DNA of 64,000 nt from Candidatus Poriferisodalis sp. (GTDB taxonomy: Bacteria > Actinomycetota > Acidimicrobiia > Acidimicrobiales > Poriferisodalaceae), in assembly GCF_965262965.1 (NCBI RefSeq), contig NZ_OZ253573.1, positions 954,817-1,018,816 on the forward strand, written 5' to 3'. Numbering within the stretch: position 1 is the first letter of the stretch; the number at the start of each line of letters is the position of its first letter. A model generated the notes under the pieces. That model did no database searches. It had not been told where the DNA came from and saw only the letters and a program-made list of their open reading frames with translations. Shown here piece by piece: positions 1 through 11,766 of the stretch. The translations under genes and the position numbers were made by a program.

Positions 1-426
1 CCTGTGCCCGAGGGCTTGGTGGCTGCAGCGATCGAACTTGACGACAGCGACGGAATCCTGTCCTACGAACTGCTGGCGCCGCCTACCTCGCCCCTGACGC
101 TCACAGGGTCGGGCGACACGCTGCAGACCTACGAGGGGGATGTGGTGCTGCGGCTTCCGATCGCGCAGAACGCACGGCAGATGCAAAAGGATGACGACGG
201 TCGCTACGTCACGATCAGCGGTCGGCTTCGCTGGCAGGCCTGCGATGACGTCGAGTGCTTCTTGCCCGAGTCGATGCCGTTCAGCTTCCGTGTGGAGGCC
301 GGCTTCCCGGTACTGGGTGACATGGGACCCGGTGTGGGCAGGGTGCCAGCCATGAATGGCGCACAGCACTTCCAGAAGCTGATCGATCGCCGAGCCAGCT
401 ATGTATCCAGCGCCGACGACAAGTAG
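1..426 (+). CDS. C-terminal part of a DsbD-N-terminal-domain-like (thiol:disulfide interchange type) protein; 5' end outside window
   Basis: ORF 4..426 is open to the window edge. Segment RLRWQACDDVECFLP resembles the Cys-containing motif of DsbD-alpha/ScsB-type domains. TAG stop at 424-426. Confidence 0.4.
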   Translation, partial: PVPEGLVAAAIELDDSDGILSYELLAPPTSPLTLTGSGDTLQTYEGDVVLRLPIAQNARQMQKDDDGRYVTISGRLRWQACDDVECFLPESMPFSFRVEAGFPVLGDMGPGVGRVPAMNGAQHFQKLIDRRASYVSSADDK

Positions 427-575
427 CCCAGCAAGCTCCAGCTACGTCAGACCTACTGGGACGCCCACGGCGATTCCCGCTGGACTACCCCAGTCTCCTA
501 CTAGGCCGCCCCGCTGCTCCCCTGCACCAGTTCGAGGTCGGAGCGACTCGTCCGATACGAATAAGAAAGATCTTC

Positions 576-604
576 TTTAGACATCTCAAATACAGATGTC
601 TAAA
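576..604. promoter_or_regulatory. Perfect 11-bp inverted repeat TTTAGACATCT-N7-AGATGTCTAAA, probable operator of the downstream TA-like pair
   Basis: Read directly in an AT-rich patch 9 nt upstream of the ATG at 613. An AAGATCTT palindrome sits next to it. Confidence 0.5.
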
Positions 605-612
605 GTGGTGCA

Positions 613-1164
613 ATGGTGGCCCCGGCCCCGCGGGATATCTCTGCGGATGACTTTGCACGCGACCCGCACGCGGCCAAATACCGCGGCGAGCTCGGCCGGC
701 ATCCTGAGGCCTACCGGCGGCTGTTCGCTCTGCTCAATGACCGTGCGAATGAGCAGCGACTTGTCGATGCCGAAATGCATGGCTTGCCGGCACTCTGCGG
801 CGTAGTGCGGTTCATCGAGACCGACCCGAAAATCAGGATGGTGCTCGCGGTCGGCCCATCTAGTTTTCGGACTCGTCAGACCGTCGGAGTTGCCGTGAAG
901 CTCAAGATGGCGAAGCTCGGGTGGCGTGCCACCGGCAGGAAGGGTGCCGTTAAGGGCTCCGCGCACTTCACTAAGGCAGAGCGGTACGTTGCCGACGCCG
1001 CTATGCCCGCCACCGCCTCCCTCCCTGCCTCCCCATCATCCCGGGCGCTCGCGGCCCTCGACGCCGTGTCTGCAATCGGCGACGTCGACGAACGTGAGCA
1101 GACCAGCCGCAAGCTCTTCAAGGCGCTCGCCGCAACACGGCGCTCAGAGGGACGTCCCTTCTGA
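613..1164 (+). CDS. Hypothetical protein, putative antitoxin partner of the PIN gene
   Basis: 183-aa ORF whose TGA stop (1162-1164) lies 1 nt before the GTG of the PIN gene. No family recognised. Confidence 0.45.
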   Translation: MVAPAPRDISADDFARDPHAAKYRGELGRHPEAYRRLFALLNDRANEQRLVDAEMHGLPALCGVVRFIETDPKIRMVLAVGPSSFRTRQTVGVAVKLKMAKLGWRATGRKGAVKGSAHFTKAERYVADAAMPATASLPASPSSRALAALDAVSAIGDVDEREQTSRKLFKALAATRRSEGRPF

Positions 1165-1165
1165 C

Positions 1166-1615
1166 GTGCTGATCGTCCTCGACAGCGGGCCTCTCGGATT
1201 GCTCAGCAACCCGACACCCCGCGGAGCGGGATACGACGCCCAGCAATGGGCGCGCTACCACATCGCTGATGGAGTCCGGTTCGTTGTTCCCGAGATTGCT
1301 GACTACGAAGTCCGCCGAGAACTCATCCGTGCCCACAAAGACCTAGGAATCGCTCGGCTGAACGAACTGTGCGACGGTTTCGGCTACCAGCCGCTGTCCA
1401 CGCCGGTCTTACGTGCGGCCGCCGAACTCTGGGCGCTGGCACGCAACGAGGGTTACCCCACCGCCTACGATGCTGCACTCGACGGCGATGTGGTGCTCGC
1501 CGCCCAAGCCCGCAGCCTTCAGTCCGCTGCGTCCGGCGACCTGGTGGTTGTGGCAACTACCAACGTCGCCCATCTCGAGCGCTTCGTTGATGCCAAGCAC
1601 TGGACTGAGCTCTGA
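1166..1615 (+). CDS. PIN-domain nuclease (VapC-like toxin)
   Basis: The second half of ORF 926..1615 reads VLIVLDSGPLGLL...VVVATTNVAHLERF, a typical PIN acidic-residue pattern. In-frame GTG at 1166 immediately after the upstream stop. Confidence 0.7.
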   Translation: MLIVLDSGPLGLLSNPTPRGAGYDAQQWARYHIADGVRFVVPEIADYEVRRELIRAHKDLGIARLNELCDGFGYQPLSTPVLRAAAELWALARNEGYPTAYDAALDGDVVLAAQARSLQSAASGDLVVVATTNVAHLERFVDAKHWTEL

Positions 1616-1673
1616 CTCAGTCAGCAGGCGGGCGCCGGACACGCCCATTAGCGGCGTTGGCTGACGATCCCAG

Positions 1674-3137
1674 TCAAGCCGAGGGAGTCAGCTCGAGGTC
1701 GGTGCTCACGAGCGGCGTTTCAATCACGAGGCTGTGCTCGGTCCGCTCAACGGTGGAGCCTGGGGGTCCGGCAATCTGCCATGACCCCGGCGCAGCTCCG
1801 ATGACCCGGAACGTCGTTCGCTGCTGCGGGTTCTCCCGCAGCGGTGCCAGGCCGAGCCGGAGCGTGCTGTCGGCCCAGTCGGCCTGGCGGAGGGCGACCC
1901 GGGGAAAGTCGACGTCGACCACTTGGGGGCATCGTTCCAACGGGGCGGCCGACAGCGCAGTCCAGCGTCCCGGCCCGGCCGCCTCCGCCGTAGCCAAGAA
2001 GGCGTTGAACTGGCCGCGCGGGTGCTCCTCGTCCAGACCCATGCCCCAAGTGAACTCTCCCCTGGCGTTGTCCCAGGTCGGCTCGTACGACGCGTCGATA
2101 GCCGACGCCAGCCGTTCGGTGAGGTCGGTCATGCCCCACTCACGGGCCAGCACCAGCGCCGAGGGCACGCCGCGGCCAGCGACCAGGGGCAGATCCGGAT
2201 CTTGGTCGAGCCGGGCCGACCGGCAGGCCGCATCGAACAGGCGCTGGGCCTCCTCGGCCTCCTGGGGGGCCACGTAGAACGCCGTGGTCAGCGCGGCTCG
2301 CACCGGCAGGCGATGGTGCACGTCGACCTGGGGGTCGTAGTAGAAGGTGGTGGTCGTGGGCTCAGCCTCGCCGACCAGATCCAGATAGTGCTCTCGGGCG
2401 TACTCCCACCAGGGCCCAAAGGCCGCCTGGTGGTGGTCGGTGGCGTAGCGGTTGTCGTGAAGCCTCAGACCGAGGCCGGCTCCGGCCAGTCAGAACGGCC
2501 AGATCTTGGTGTTCTCTCAGTGGCAGCCGATCGGGGCGGCCAGCCACTGCTGCCGCAGGTGAGCGGCAATCTCCGAGTGAGCCCACGTGAACGTGTGCTC
2601 GCCGTCACGGATCATGTCGAACGGCTCGTTCCAGCGGCTCTCAGCGGCGATCATCTCGCGGATGCCGAGCAGCACCAAGAAGAAGCCCTTGTAGAAGAGC
2701 ATCCCGTCGGCTGCGACCGGGTCCATCTGGACACCCCAAGGCTCGACGCCGTTGGCTGTCCAGCCGGGCACGTCGTAGTCGCCCCACAGCTCGCGAGGGA
2801 TGAATGGCCTGTAGGCGTCGGGATAGTTGGCCCGGTCGGGATCGGGTCCGAACTGGGCGAGCCAGTCCGAGGCCGACCACCAGCCCGTGTGGCGTTCGAT
2901 CAGCTGGTCCAAGATCGCCACGTACCGCTCGGTCCACGCTGGCGTCCGGTGCGCCATCAAGCCGAGGGCGTAGGAAGAATCGACCAGGTCGAAGCGATGC
3001 CAGCTGGCCATCGGCGGATCGGAGCGGTCGTCCCAATGAGGATGAGGCTGGCCGGTGCGCGACCAGTCGTCGGGAGTGTGGACCTTGCGGTCAAGGTACC
3101 GGAGCCACCCCAGGCTGCGGTCGGACAGCATTGGCAC
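1674..3137 (-). CDS. Linalool dehydratase/isomerase (LDI)-family protein with two in-frame TGA codons (candidate selenocysteines; alternatively a pseudogene)
   Basis: ORFs 2517..3137 and 1674..2321 share one frame. The gap is open except for TGA at 2519-2517 and 2492-2490. It reads ...LAAPIGCH-U-ENTKIWPF-U-LAGAGLGLRLHD.... The N-terminal half carries the LFYKGFFLVLLG segment typical of the family. Confidence 0.55.
2462..2502 (-). promoter_or_regulatory. Two SECIS-like hairpins, one downstream of each in-frame UGA
   Basis: Hairpin 1 (2502-2482): 6-bp stem CUGGCC/GGCCGG with loop GUUCUGACU, starting 14 nt after UGA-1. Hairpin 2 (2476-2462): GCCUC-GGUCU-GAGGC, starting 13 nt after UGA-2. Folded by hand. 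Confidence 0.35.
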
Positions 3138-3158
3138 CTCCTCGCTGTTGTTGGGCAG

Positions 3159-4034
3159 CTACTCGGCGGTGTGGGCGAGGATCGCTTCGGTGACCTGCGG
3201 CCAGACCACCTCGGGAAGCTCGTGGCCGACCCGGTCCAGGGTCACCATGCGCGCCCCACCAATGGCCTCCACGGTGGCTTCACCGTGGGGGTACGGCAGG
3301 ATCGGATCCTCGGTTCCGTGGATGACGATCGTCGGCGTGGAGATGCCACGCAGTTTCTCGGCGCGGTTGTCCTCATCCATGAGCGCCATACCGTGGTTGT
3401 GCATTGCCGGCCAGTTGGCGGCCCGGTCGTACTCCCGCTCGAATATCGCCGTGAAGCACTCGACATCGAATTCGGCTCGGCTGCCAGCGAGCGCACCGAA
3501 ATTCTCCAACCGCGAACGCACCCGGTCTTCACGTGTGAGCGGCGGCTCCAACACCCACTTCAGCGTCAGTTCGATGTACTCCGGGAGCGGCGACGGCAGC
3601 TCTGGGGTCTCCCCCATGAAGATCGCCCGTGCGATCTCGCCGCCTGCAGGCGTCGACATGATCGACGTCATCGTCCGGATCCGGTCCGGATGATCCATCG
3701 CCACCTGCTGGCTGATCATCCCGCCCATCGAGGCCCCCACGAGGTGGGCGCTGTCAAGCCCGTAGGCGTCGAGCACTCCCACAGCGTCGTTCGCCATGTC
3801 CGCGAGGCCGTACGTCTCCTGTTCGAGGTCGAAGCAAGTGGTCTGTCCCGTATCCCGATTGTCGAACCGGATCACGTAGCGCCCGCCGTCGACGAGCCCG
3901 GCGATGAAGCCCTCTTCCCACAGGATCATCTGGGCGCTCGCGCCCATGACGAGGAGGATCGGAATGTCTCCCGGGTTGCCGAAGTCTTCGGTACAGATGT
4001 CGATCCCGTTGGCTTTGACCATGCGCTCTGCCAT
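3159..4034 (-). CDS. Alpha/beta-fold hydrolase
   Basis: 291-aa ORF with nucleophile elbow GASMGG and a typical N-terminal ILLVMGASAQ strand. Confidence 0.85.
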   Translation of the reverse strand: MAERMVKANGIDICTEDFGNPGDIPILLVMGASAQMILWEEGFIAGLVDGGRYVIRFDNRDTGQTTCFDLEQETYGLADMANDAVGVLDAYGLDSAHLVGASMGGMISQQVAMDHPDRIRTMTSIMSTPAGGEIARAIFMGETPELPSPLPEYIELTLKWVLEPPLTREDRVRSRLENFGALAGSRAEFDVECFTAIFEREYDRAANWPAMHNHGMALMDEDNRAEKLRGISTPTIVIHGTEDPILPYPHGEATVEAIGGARMVTLDRVGHELPEVVWPQVTEAILAHTAE

Positions 4035-4173
4035 GTCGCCCCCCGTGTCTGCGGTGATGCCGCGGTTCCGACGCTAGCCCTGACCCACGAGCAGCATCCC
4101 TGGTGGCGACACCCTCAAGCGGTTGCGAACGGCCACCGCAACAGCCAAGGGGCTCTGGAACTGACGGGCAGTC

Positions 4174-5199
4174 TCAGGCGCTGGCGAGCGCAACCACTTC
4201 GAAGAGCGACTCGTAGCCCCCCAGCCCAGGCGGATCGGTGCGCTGAGGCAACCGGTACAGGATGATCTCGTCGGCCTGGTCGTTGTAGTCGGCGATCCGT
4301 GCTGCGCACTGAGCGGGGGTGCCGGTGATGCTCATGGTGTCGACGACTTCGTCGGGCACCAGGTCCATCGCCTCACGCAGCTGCCCCTCGGGCATGAGAC
4401 GTGCAGCGGCGTCGGCGAATTCGTCGAAGCCGAGCTGGCGCAGTTGCGAGTCGTAATAGGGGTGCGGCACCGGGTGGAACAGGCCGCAAATGGTGGCTTG
4501 GGTGACCTTGCGTGCCAGCTCGGAGTCCTCGTTGATGCTGATGAACGACCCCATGGGGAAAGCCAGGCTGTCGGGATCGCGACCGGCGTCGCCGGCAGCC
4601 TCCCGTGCCGCCGGCCGGACAATGTCACGCATGAATTCGACCGACGACATCACCCCCACGCCGACCCCGTCGGCAACCTCGCCCGCGAGGCGGACCATCT
4701 TGGGTCCCGAAGCCGACAGGTACACCGGGATCGACGGCCGTGTCGGCTCCCATGTGGCCCGCCAGCGGATTCGATGGTGATCGCCCTCGTACCGCACCGG
4801 CTCCCCCGGCCGGCCGGCAACTGCACTGCGGACGATCTGTATGTAGTCGCGCAGCTTGCCGAGCGGGCGGAAGTCGTCGATGCCCATATACCACTCGTTG
4901 AAGTGGCGGTTGCCGGTGCCGAGCCCCAGCGTGAACCGCCCGCCGCTCATCTCGTCGAGATCGCGGGCTGCGATCGCCGTGAGCCAGGGTTCGCGGGCAT
5001 ACACGTTGGCGATGTAGGTGCCGACCGTCACTCGTTCGGTCGCTGCGATCACCGCGGCTGCCGAGACGAACGCGCTGCGACCGGCTTCGACGGTGTACAT
5101 CGACTCCATCCCGGCGGCCTCGCCTTGGCGGGCCAGCTCGACGAAGTCGGCCATCGAGTCCTCGAATCCGAGCAGCATTCCAAGCGCGGGTCTCGACAT
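4174..5199 (-). CDS. LLM-class (luciferase-like) flavin/F420-dependent oxidoreductase
   Basis: ORF 4174..5289. The internal start MSRPALGML at 5199 avoids overlap with the upstream gene. Motifs GRFTLGLGTG and SASGPKM are typical of LLM enzymes. Confidence 0.8.
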   Translation of the reverse strand: MSRPALGMLLGFEDSMADFVELARQGEAAGMESMYTVEAGRSAFVSAAAVIAATERVTVGTYIANVYAREPWLTAIAARDLDEMSGGRFTLGLGTGNRHFNEWYMGIDDFRPLGKLRDYIQIVRSAVAGRPGEPVRYEGDHHRIRWRATWEPTRPSIPVYLSASGPKMVRLAGEVADGVGVGVMSSVEFMRDIVRPAAREAAGDAGRDPDSLAFPMGSFISINEDSELARKVTQATICGLFHPVPHPYYDSQLRQLGFDEFADAAARLMPEGQLREAMDLVPDEVVDTMSITGTPAQCAARIADYNDQADEIILYRLPQRTDPPGLGGYESLFEVVALASA

Positions 5200-5224
5200 A
5201 TCAGGTTCTTCTCTGGGTACAGAA

Positions 5225-6058
5225 CTAGAAGATCTTGCCGACGAGGTCGGCGCGTTCGACGGCACCCATGAGATCGTTCCAGCCGTCATCGGTGGCCCGC
5301 ACCCACTTGGTGAGGTGCTCCATGCGCATCATCTCGGCGATCTCGGGTTCGTCGGGGTCCATCGCCACGAGCAGCTCCACGAATTGCTCGCAGGTGTCGT
5401 CGCTCAGGCCGGGGGCGGAGGTGAAGGCGCAGTGGCAGTAGGGACGGGTGCGCCACACCTCGACGATGTCCTCGTCGGCCAGCTCGTGGCGTCGCTTCAA
5501 GTACCCAAGCCACGGCTCGAAGATCACCCCGGCATCGGCTCGACCGTCCATGACGGCGCCGAAGATCGTCCGGTCGTCCACCCATGACGCCAGGTTGGAG
5601 TACTCCGTTGCTTCCAGCTCGACGAGCTCGCAGTCCGATTCGACATCAAACCCGTCCTCCGCGAGCTGAGCGGCCGGCAGCAGGTACAGCTCGCTGGAGA
5701 TGTCCACTCCCAGGGCCAGCCGCCGCCCCCGTAAGTCATCAAGACCGGCGATGGCAGCGTCGGCCCTGGCGACGATGAGCGAGTGGACGTCCTCGTCGGT
5801 GTCGCGCATCGCCAGCGTCCGGCACGTGCCCGGGGACCGCAGCAGCAGCTGGGCATGTGCCATCGGCGCGTTCCACGCGATGTCGACATGGCCATCGAGC
5901 ACCGCTGTGCACAACGCGTCGTAAGTGGAATACAGCGCGTACTCCGTCTCGAGGCCGGCTTCGTTGAAGTACTTGCGGATGGCGTTCCAGATGAAGACGG
6001 CTCGCTTCGGATCGGCTGCCGTGGAGCCGATCATGAGCGGTCGTGGGCGTGCGGTCAT
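5225..6058 (-). CDS. PhnD/SsuA-type substrate-binding-domain protein (no obvious signal peptide)
   Basis: 277 aa. The pattern YDALCTAVLDGHVDIAWNAPMAH resembles phosphonate-type periplasmic binding proteins. Confidence 0.5.
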   Translation of the reverse strand: MTARPRPLMIGSTAADPKRAVFIWNAIRKYFNEAGLETEYALYSTYDALCTAVLDGHVDIAWNAPMAHAQLLLRSPGTCRTLAMRDTDEDVHSLIVARADAAIAGLDDLRGRRLALGVDISSELYLLPAAQLAEDGFDVESDCELVELEATEYSNLASWVDDRTIFGAVMDGRADAGVIFEPWLGYLKRRHELADEDIVEVWRTRPYCHCAFTSAPGLSDDTCEQFVELLVAMDPDEPEIAEMMRMEHLTKWVRATDDGWNDLMGAVERADLVGKIF

Positions 6059-6106
6059 GGGCTTGTCCCCCGCCGCCCAACGTAGTGCCGCACTCGGGCG
6101 GTGGCT

Positions 6107-6328
<222 letters not shown>

Positions 6329-6418
6329 CTATCGCACGACTACTGGATAGAACATCGAGTGCGGGAAAAGAAAGCCAGCGCGCGCACTCTTCGAGGTGCG
6401 AAAGAGGGCGAACTCCAT
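6329..6418 (-). pseudogene. Possible C-terminal remnant of the parE toxin disrupted by IS30
   Basis: Immediately outside the left IS30 repeat. Reads MEFALFRTSKSARAGFLFPHSMFYPVVVR*. GF-FP--FY resembles the ParE core strand. Weak. Confidence 0.3.
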
Positions 6419-7459
6419 CGGTGGTTGCAAGTGAACGGTCATGATGGCCGTTGCCGACACATGCAGCCGACCGATGGAGGTGTCGAGTATGGCAGCGAGG
6501 CTGAGTTTGGATGAGCGGGTGTTCATCGAGTCGTCGCTGGGGGCGGGCCGCAGCGTCGCGGACGCAGCGGCCCGGCTGGGCCGTGATCGGTCCACGGTGC
6601 ATCGCGAGCTGGCCCGCTGCGGCGGGCGGGCGGGCTATGACGCCCGCGCTGGGGACGCGTGGGCGTGCGCGAGGGCGCGACGAGAGCGAACGCCCAAGCT
6701 GGCGCGCGACCCGGTGCTGGCCGCTGCGGTCGATGAGCGTCTGAGGCTGAGGTGGTCCCCGCACGCAGCGGCGGCGGACCTGCGCGAGGCGGGCATGAGC
6801 GTGTGCGCGGAGACGATCTATCGGGCGTGCTACGCGAACGACGCGCGCAGCGGCCTGCCCGCCGGCTCCTGGGCGAAGCTGCCGCGGCGCTGCCGGCGCC
6901 GTCGGCCGCGCAGCGTCGCGCAGGCCCAAAAGCCCAGCCCGCTGGGGCAATACCGGCCGATAGCCGACCGGCCCGCCGACGTCGAGGACCGTACAGAGCC
7001 CGGCCACTGGGACCGCGACCTCATCGTCGGCAAAGCGAACCTCACCGCCGCGGTCACCCTCGCCGAGCGCACCAGCCGCTACGCGGTCACCGCAGCGCTG
7101 CCCGACGGCTACAGCGCGCCCCAGGTCGCCGCCGCGGTCACCGCGGCGCTGGGCCGCCAGCCCGCAGCGCTCGTGCGCACCCTCACCTGGGACCAAGGCC
7201 GCGAGACGGCCCGCCGGGCCGACATCGAAGCAGCGCTCGGCATCGAGGTGTTCTTCTGCGAGCCGCGCTCGCCGTGGCAGCGACCCACCAACGAGCACAC
7301 CAACGCACTGCTGCGCCGATGGCTCCCCAAAGGCACCAGCCTCGACATCGCACAACTGCGGCTCTCGGTCATCGACGACAAACTCAACCACATGCCCCGC
7401 CGACTCCACCACTGGGCATCAGCACACGACATCTACACTCAACTCACTTGCAACCACCG
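6419..7459 (+). mobile_element. IS30-family insertion sequence
   Basis: 16-bp perfect terminal inverted repeats CGGTGGTTGCAAGTGA (6419-6434) and TCACTTGCAACCACCG (7444-7459) bracket the transposase ORF. Imperfect matches extend about 10 bp further out, so the true ends may be slightly wider. Confidence 0.75.
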
Positions 7460-7463
7460 CTAG
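6441..7463 (+). CDS. IS30-family transposase
   Basis: 340 aa with an N-terminal HTH (RSTVHRELAR) and a DDE region GHWDRDLIVGK...TWDQGRE...NEHTNALLRRWLPKG. The stop codon lies just outside the right repeat. Confidence 0.9.
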   Translation: MMAVADTCSRPMEVSSMAARLSLDERVFIESSLGAGRSVADAAARLGRDRSTVHRELARCGGRAGYDARAGDAWACARARRERTPKLARDPVLAAAVDERLRLRWSPHAAAADLREAGMSVCAETIYRACYANDARSGLPAGSWAKLPRRCRRRRPRSVAQAQKPSPLGQYRPIADRPADVEDRTEPGHWDRDLIVGKANLTAAVTLAERTSRYAVTAALPDGYSAPQVAAAVTAALGRQPAALVRTLTWDQGRETARRADIEAALGIEVFFCEPRSPWQRPTNEHTNALLRRWLPKGTSLDIAQLRLSVIDDKLNHMPRRLHHWASAHDIYTQLTCNHR

Positions 7464-7569
7464 AGCTTGCCAACCGACGGCCGAGTTCATCACCACCCTC
7501 GGACCGGTAGTACTCGCTCCGCTCAACCAAGTCCGCCTCGGCCAGCGGGCGCAGTCGGACTTCGCTCAC
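7460..7569 (-). pseudogene. 5' fragment of parE toxin truncated by IS30
   Basis: GTG at 7569-7567 overlaps the parD stop (GTGA). Reads VSEVRLRPLAEADLVERSEYYRSEGGDELGRRLASS, a typical ParE N-terminus, then runs into the IS30 right repeat. Confidence 0.6.
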
Positions 7570-7817
7570 TCCGCTCGGCCGAGCGCCCGGGCGCGAAGAT
7601 CATCGACAACCTCGGACGTCAACGGCCGGCCCTCACCCGACTCGAGCCCGTCAGTAATCAACAGGCGGAAACGACGCGCCGCCTCGTCTTGCTGATCACG
7701 CCGGATGAGTTCGCGCAGATACTCACTGGTATTGCCGTAGTCCCCGCCTCGAACGCGCTCGTCGATGTAGCTCCGCATCGACTCGGGAAGTGCAAAGCTC
7801 ATCGTGTTCCGGCTCAC
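7566..7817 (-). CDS. parD: ParD-family type II antitoxin (ribbon-helix-helix)
   Basis: 83 aa. MSFALPESMRSYIDERVRGGDYGNTSEYLRELIRRD is the canonical ParD/CopG-like N-terminus. Confidence 0.85.
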   Translation of the reverse strand: MSRNTMSFALPESMRSYIDERVRGGDYGNTSEYLRELIRRDQQDEAARRFRLLITDGLESGEGRPLTSEVVDDLRARALGRAE

Positions 7818-7867
7818 ATCGCCAGTCTCTACGAGTTAATAACTGTTGTCAACATTCGGCGACGGCC

Positions 7868-10545
<2,678 letters not shown>

Positions 10546-10566
10546 AATTCTGGATTTAATCCAAAT

Positions 10567-11700
10567 TCAGCAGCAGTCTGGAATCATCTGGTTTCCAAGC
10601 CCCAGCAACTGGCCGGCGCATTGACCGTCGGCAAAGTGAACCGACGCCCCCGAGCCCTCCAACACGAGGCCAACGGTCTGTATCGACATCCGAACCGTCT
10701 GCGCAGCCGCAAGTCGGGTTCGGCCCCGCTCGACGGCGTCGAACACCCCTTCCCCGTCGTAGGTCTCGCAAACATGATCCACAGCATCGTCCCAGAGCGT
10801 GCGCGCCGCCCGCACCGTCGCCAGCGCGTCCGCAAGGCGAATCTGGGATGCCGGTTGCGAAGCCTGACGGTCTCCCGCCGAATACGGCAGCACCCGTGAC
10901 GACACGAGTTCACGGAAGTGCTCGACTGCGGCTTCGGCCCCGCCCAACGCAGCTGCAGACGCCACGAGCGTCAGCACCGGCACCATTGGATAGCGCACGA
11001 ATGGGTCGGCGCAGATCTGAGCTCCAGGCGGCGAATTGCCGCCCCACTCGCTGGCGAGCAACGTCCTCTCCGACGGGACGAATGCCGCGTCTGCCACAAC
11101 GTCGTTGGTGCCGGTGCCTCTCATTCCCGAGGTGTCCCACACATCGACGACCGTCACATCGGAAATCGGCAACACGAAGAAGCGGGCCTCCGCGCCCTCC
11201 CCGCTGGAAACCAGTCCGCTGACCATCACCCAACCGGCGTGCTGCACCCCCGTTGCCCACTGCCACCGGCCGCTGATCTCGAAGCCCCCTTCAACTGGGA
11301 CTGCCTTGCCAGTCGGAGCGAGGGGGCACGGCATGAGCACGTAGGGCCGATCGCCCCAGACGGCATCCTGAAGTTCCTGAGAACCCCGGGCCACGAACCA
11401 GTTGTGCAACACCAGAAACAGCAGCGTCCACGCCGATGAGACGCATCCGTGGGCGAGGATTCGTGTCATCTCGCCGACCGACCGGAGCCCGAGACCGTGG
11501 CCGCCGCGCTCGGTGGGCACAAGTATCTCGAAGACACCGCTCGCAACAGCGTCATCCATCGTCGATTGGGGCAGCTCACGAAGCGCTGCAGTCTCAGCGG
11601 CTCGTTCAGACAAGCGCTCGACCATCGACGACGCCCACGCCACGACATCGTCGTGCGACAGCCGCGCACTCGATGGCCGGACCTCATGTGCCGCATTCAC
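10567..11700 (-). CDS. Acyl-CoA-dehydrogenase-fold flavin-dependent monooxygenase (HsaA/DszC-like); C-terminus looks shortened
   Basis: Inner part of ORF 10567..12285, with a candidate GTG start at 11700. Segments GGFEISGRWQWATG and DTSGMRGTGTNDV. The start is uncertain. Confidence 0.65.
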   Translation of the reverse strand: MNAAHEVRPSSARLSHDDVVAWASSMVERLSERAAETAALRELPQSTMDDAVASGVFEILVPTERGGHGLGLRSVGEMTRILAHGCVSSAWTLLFLVLHNWFVARGSQELQDAVWGDRPYVLMPCPLAPTGKAVPVEGGFEISGRWQWATGVQHAGWVMVSGLVSSGEGAEARFFVLPISDVTVVDVWDTSGMRGTGTNDVVADAAFVPSERTLLASEWGGNSPPGAQICADPFVRYPMVPVLTLVASAAALGGAEAAVEHFRELVSSRVLPYSAGDRQASQPASQIRLADALATVRAARTLWDDAVDHVCETYDGEGVFDAVERGRTRLAAAQTVRMSIQTVGLVLEGSGASVHFADGQCAGQLLGLGNQMIPDCC

Positions 11701-11766
11701 CGCATGGAAACTAGCTGTGTATCTGGCATCGACTAGCGAGGAACGCCCATTTGGGAAGATGCCGTT

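Noticed and set aside
1923-4265. 780-aa ORF on the plus strand spanning the LDI-like and hydrolase loci
   Set aside because: It is antisense to two genes with clear family motifs, its composition is Arg/Gly/Pro/Val-rich low-complexity, and it has no recognisable domain. This is a typical long shadow ORF of GC-rich DNA. The same reasoning applies to 5739..7412(-), 26078..28525(-), 16664..17956(+), 53838..54863(-), 56488..57744(-) and 62783..63817(-).
7470-7494. Third katG-tail-like sequence (AACCGACGGCCGAGTTCATCACC compared with GAACCGGTCGAGGTTCATCACC)
   Set aside because: The stretch lies inside the ParE N-terminal coding fragment, which explains it better. The similarity is about 20 nt with gaps and could be chance in GC-rich DNA.
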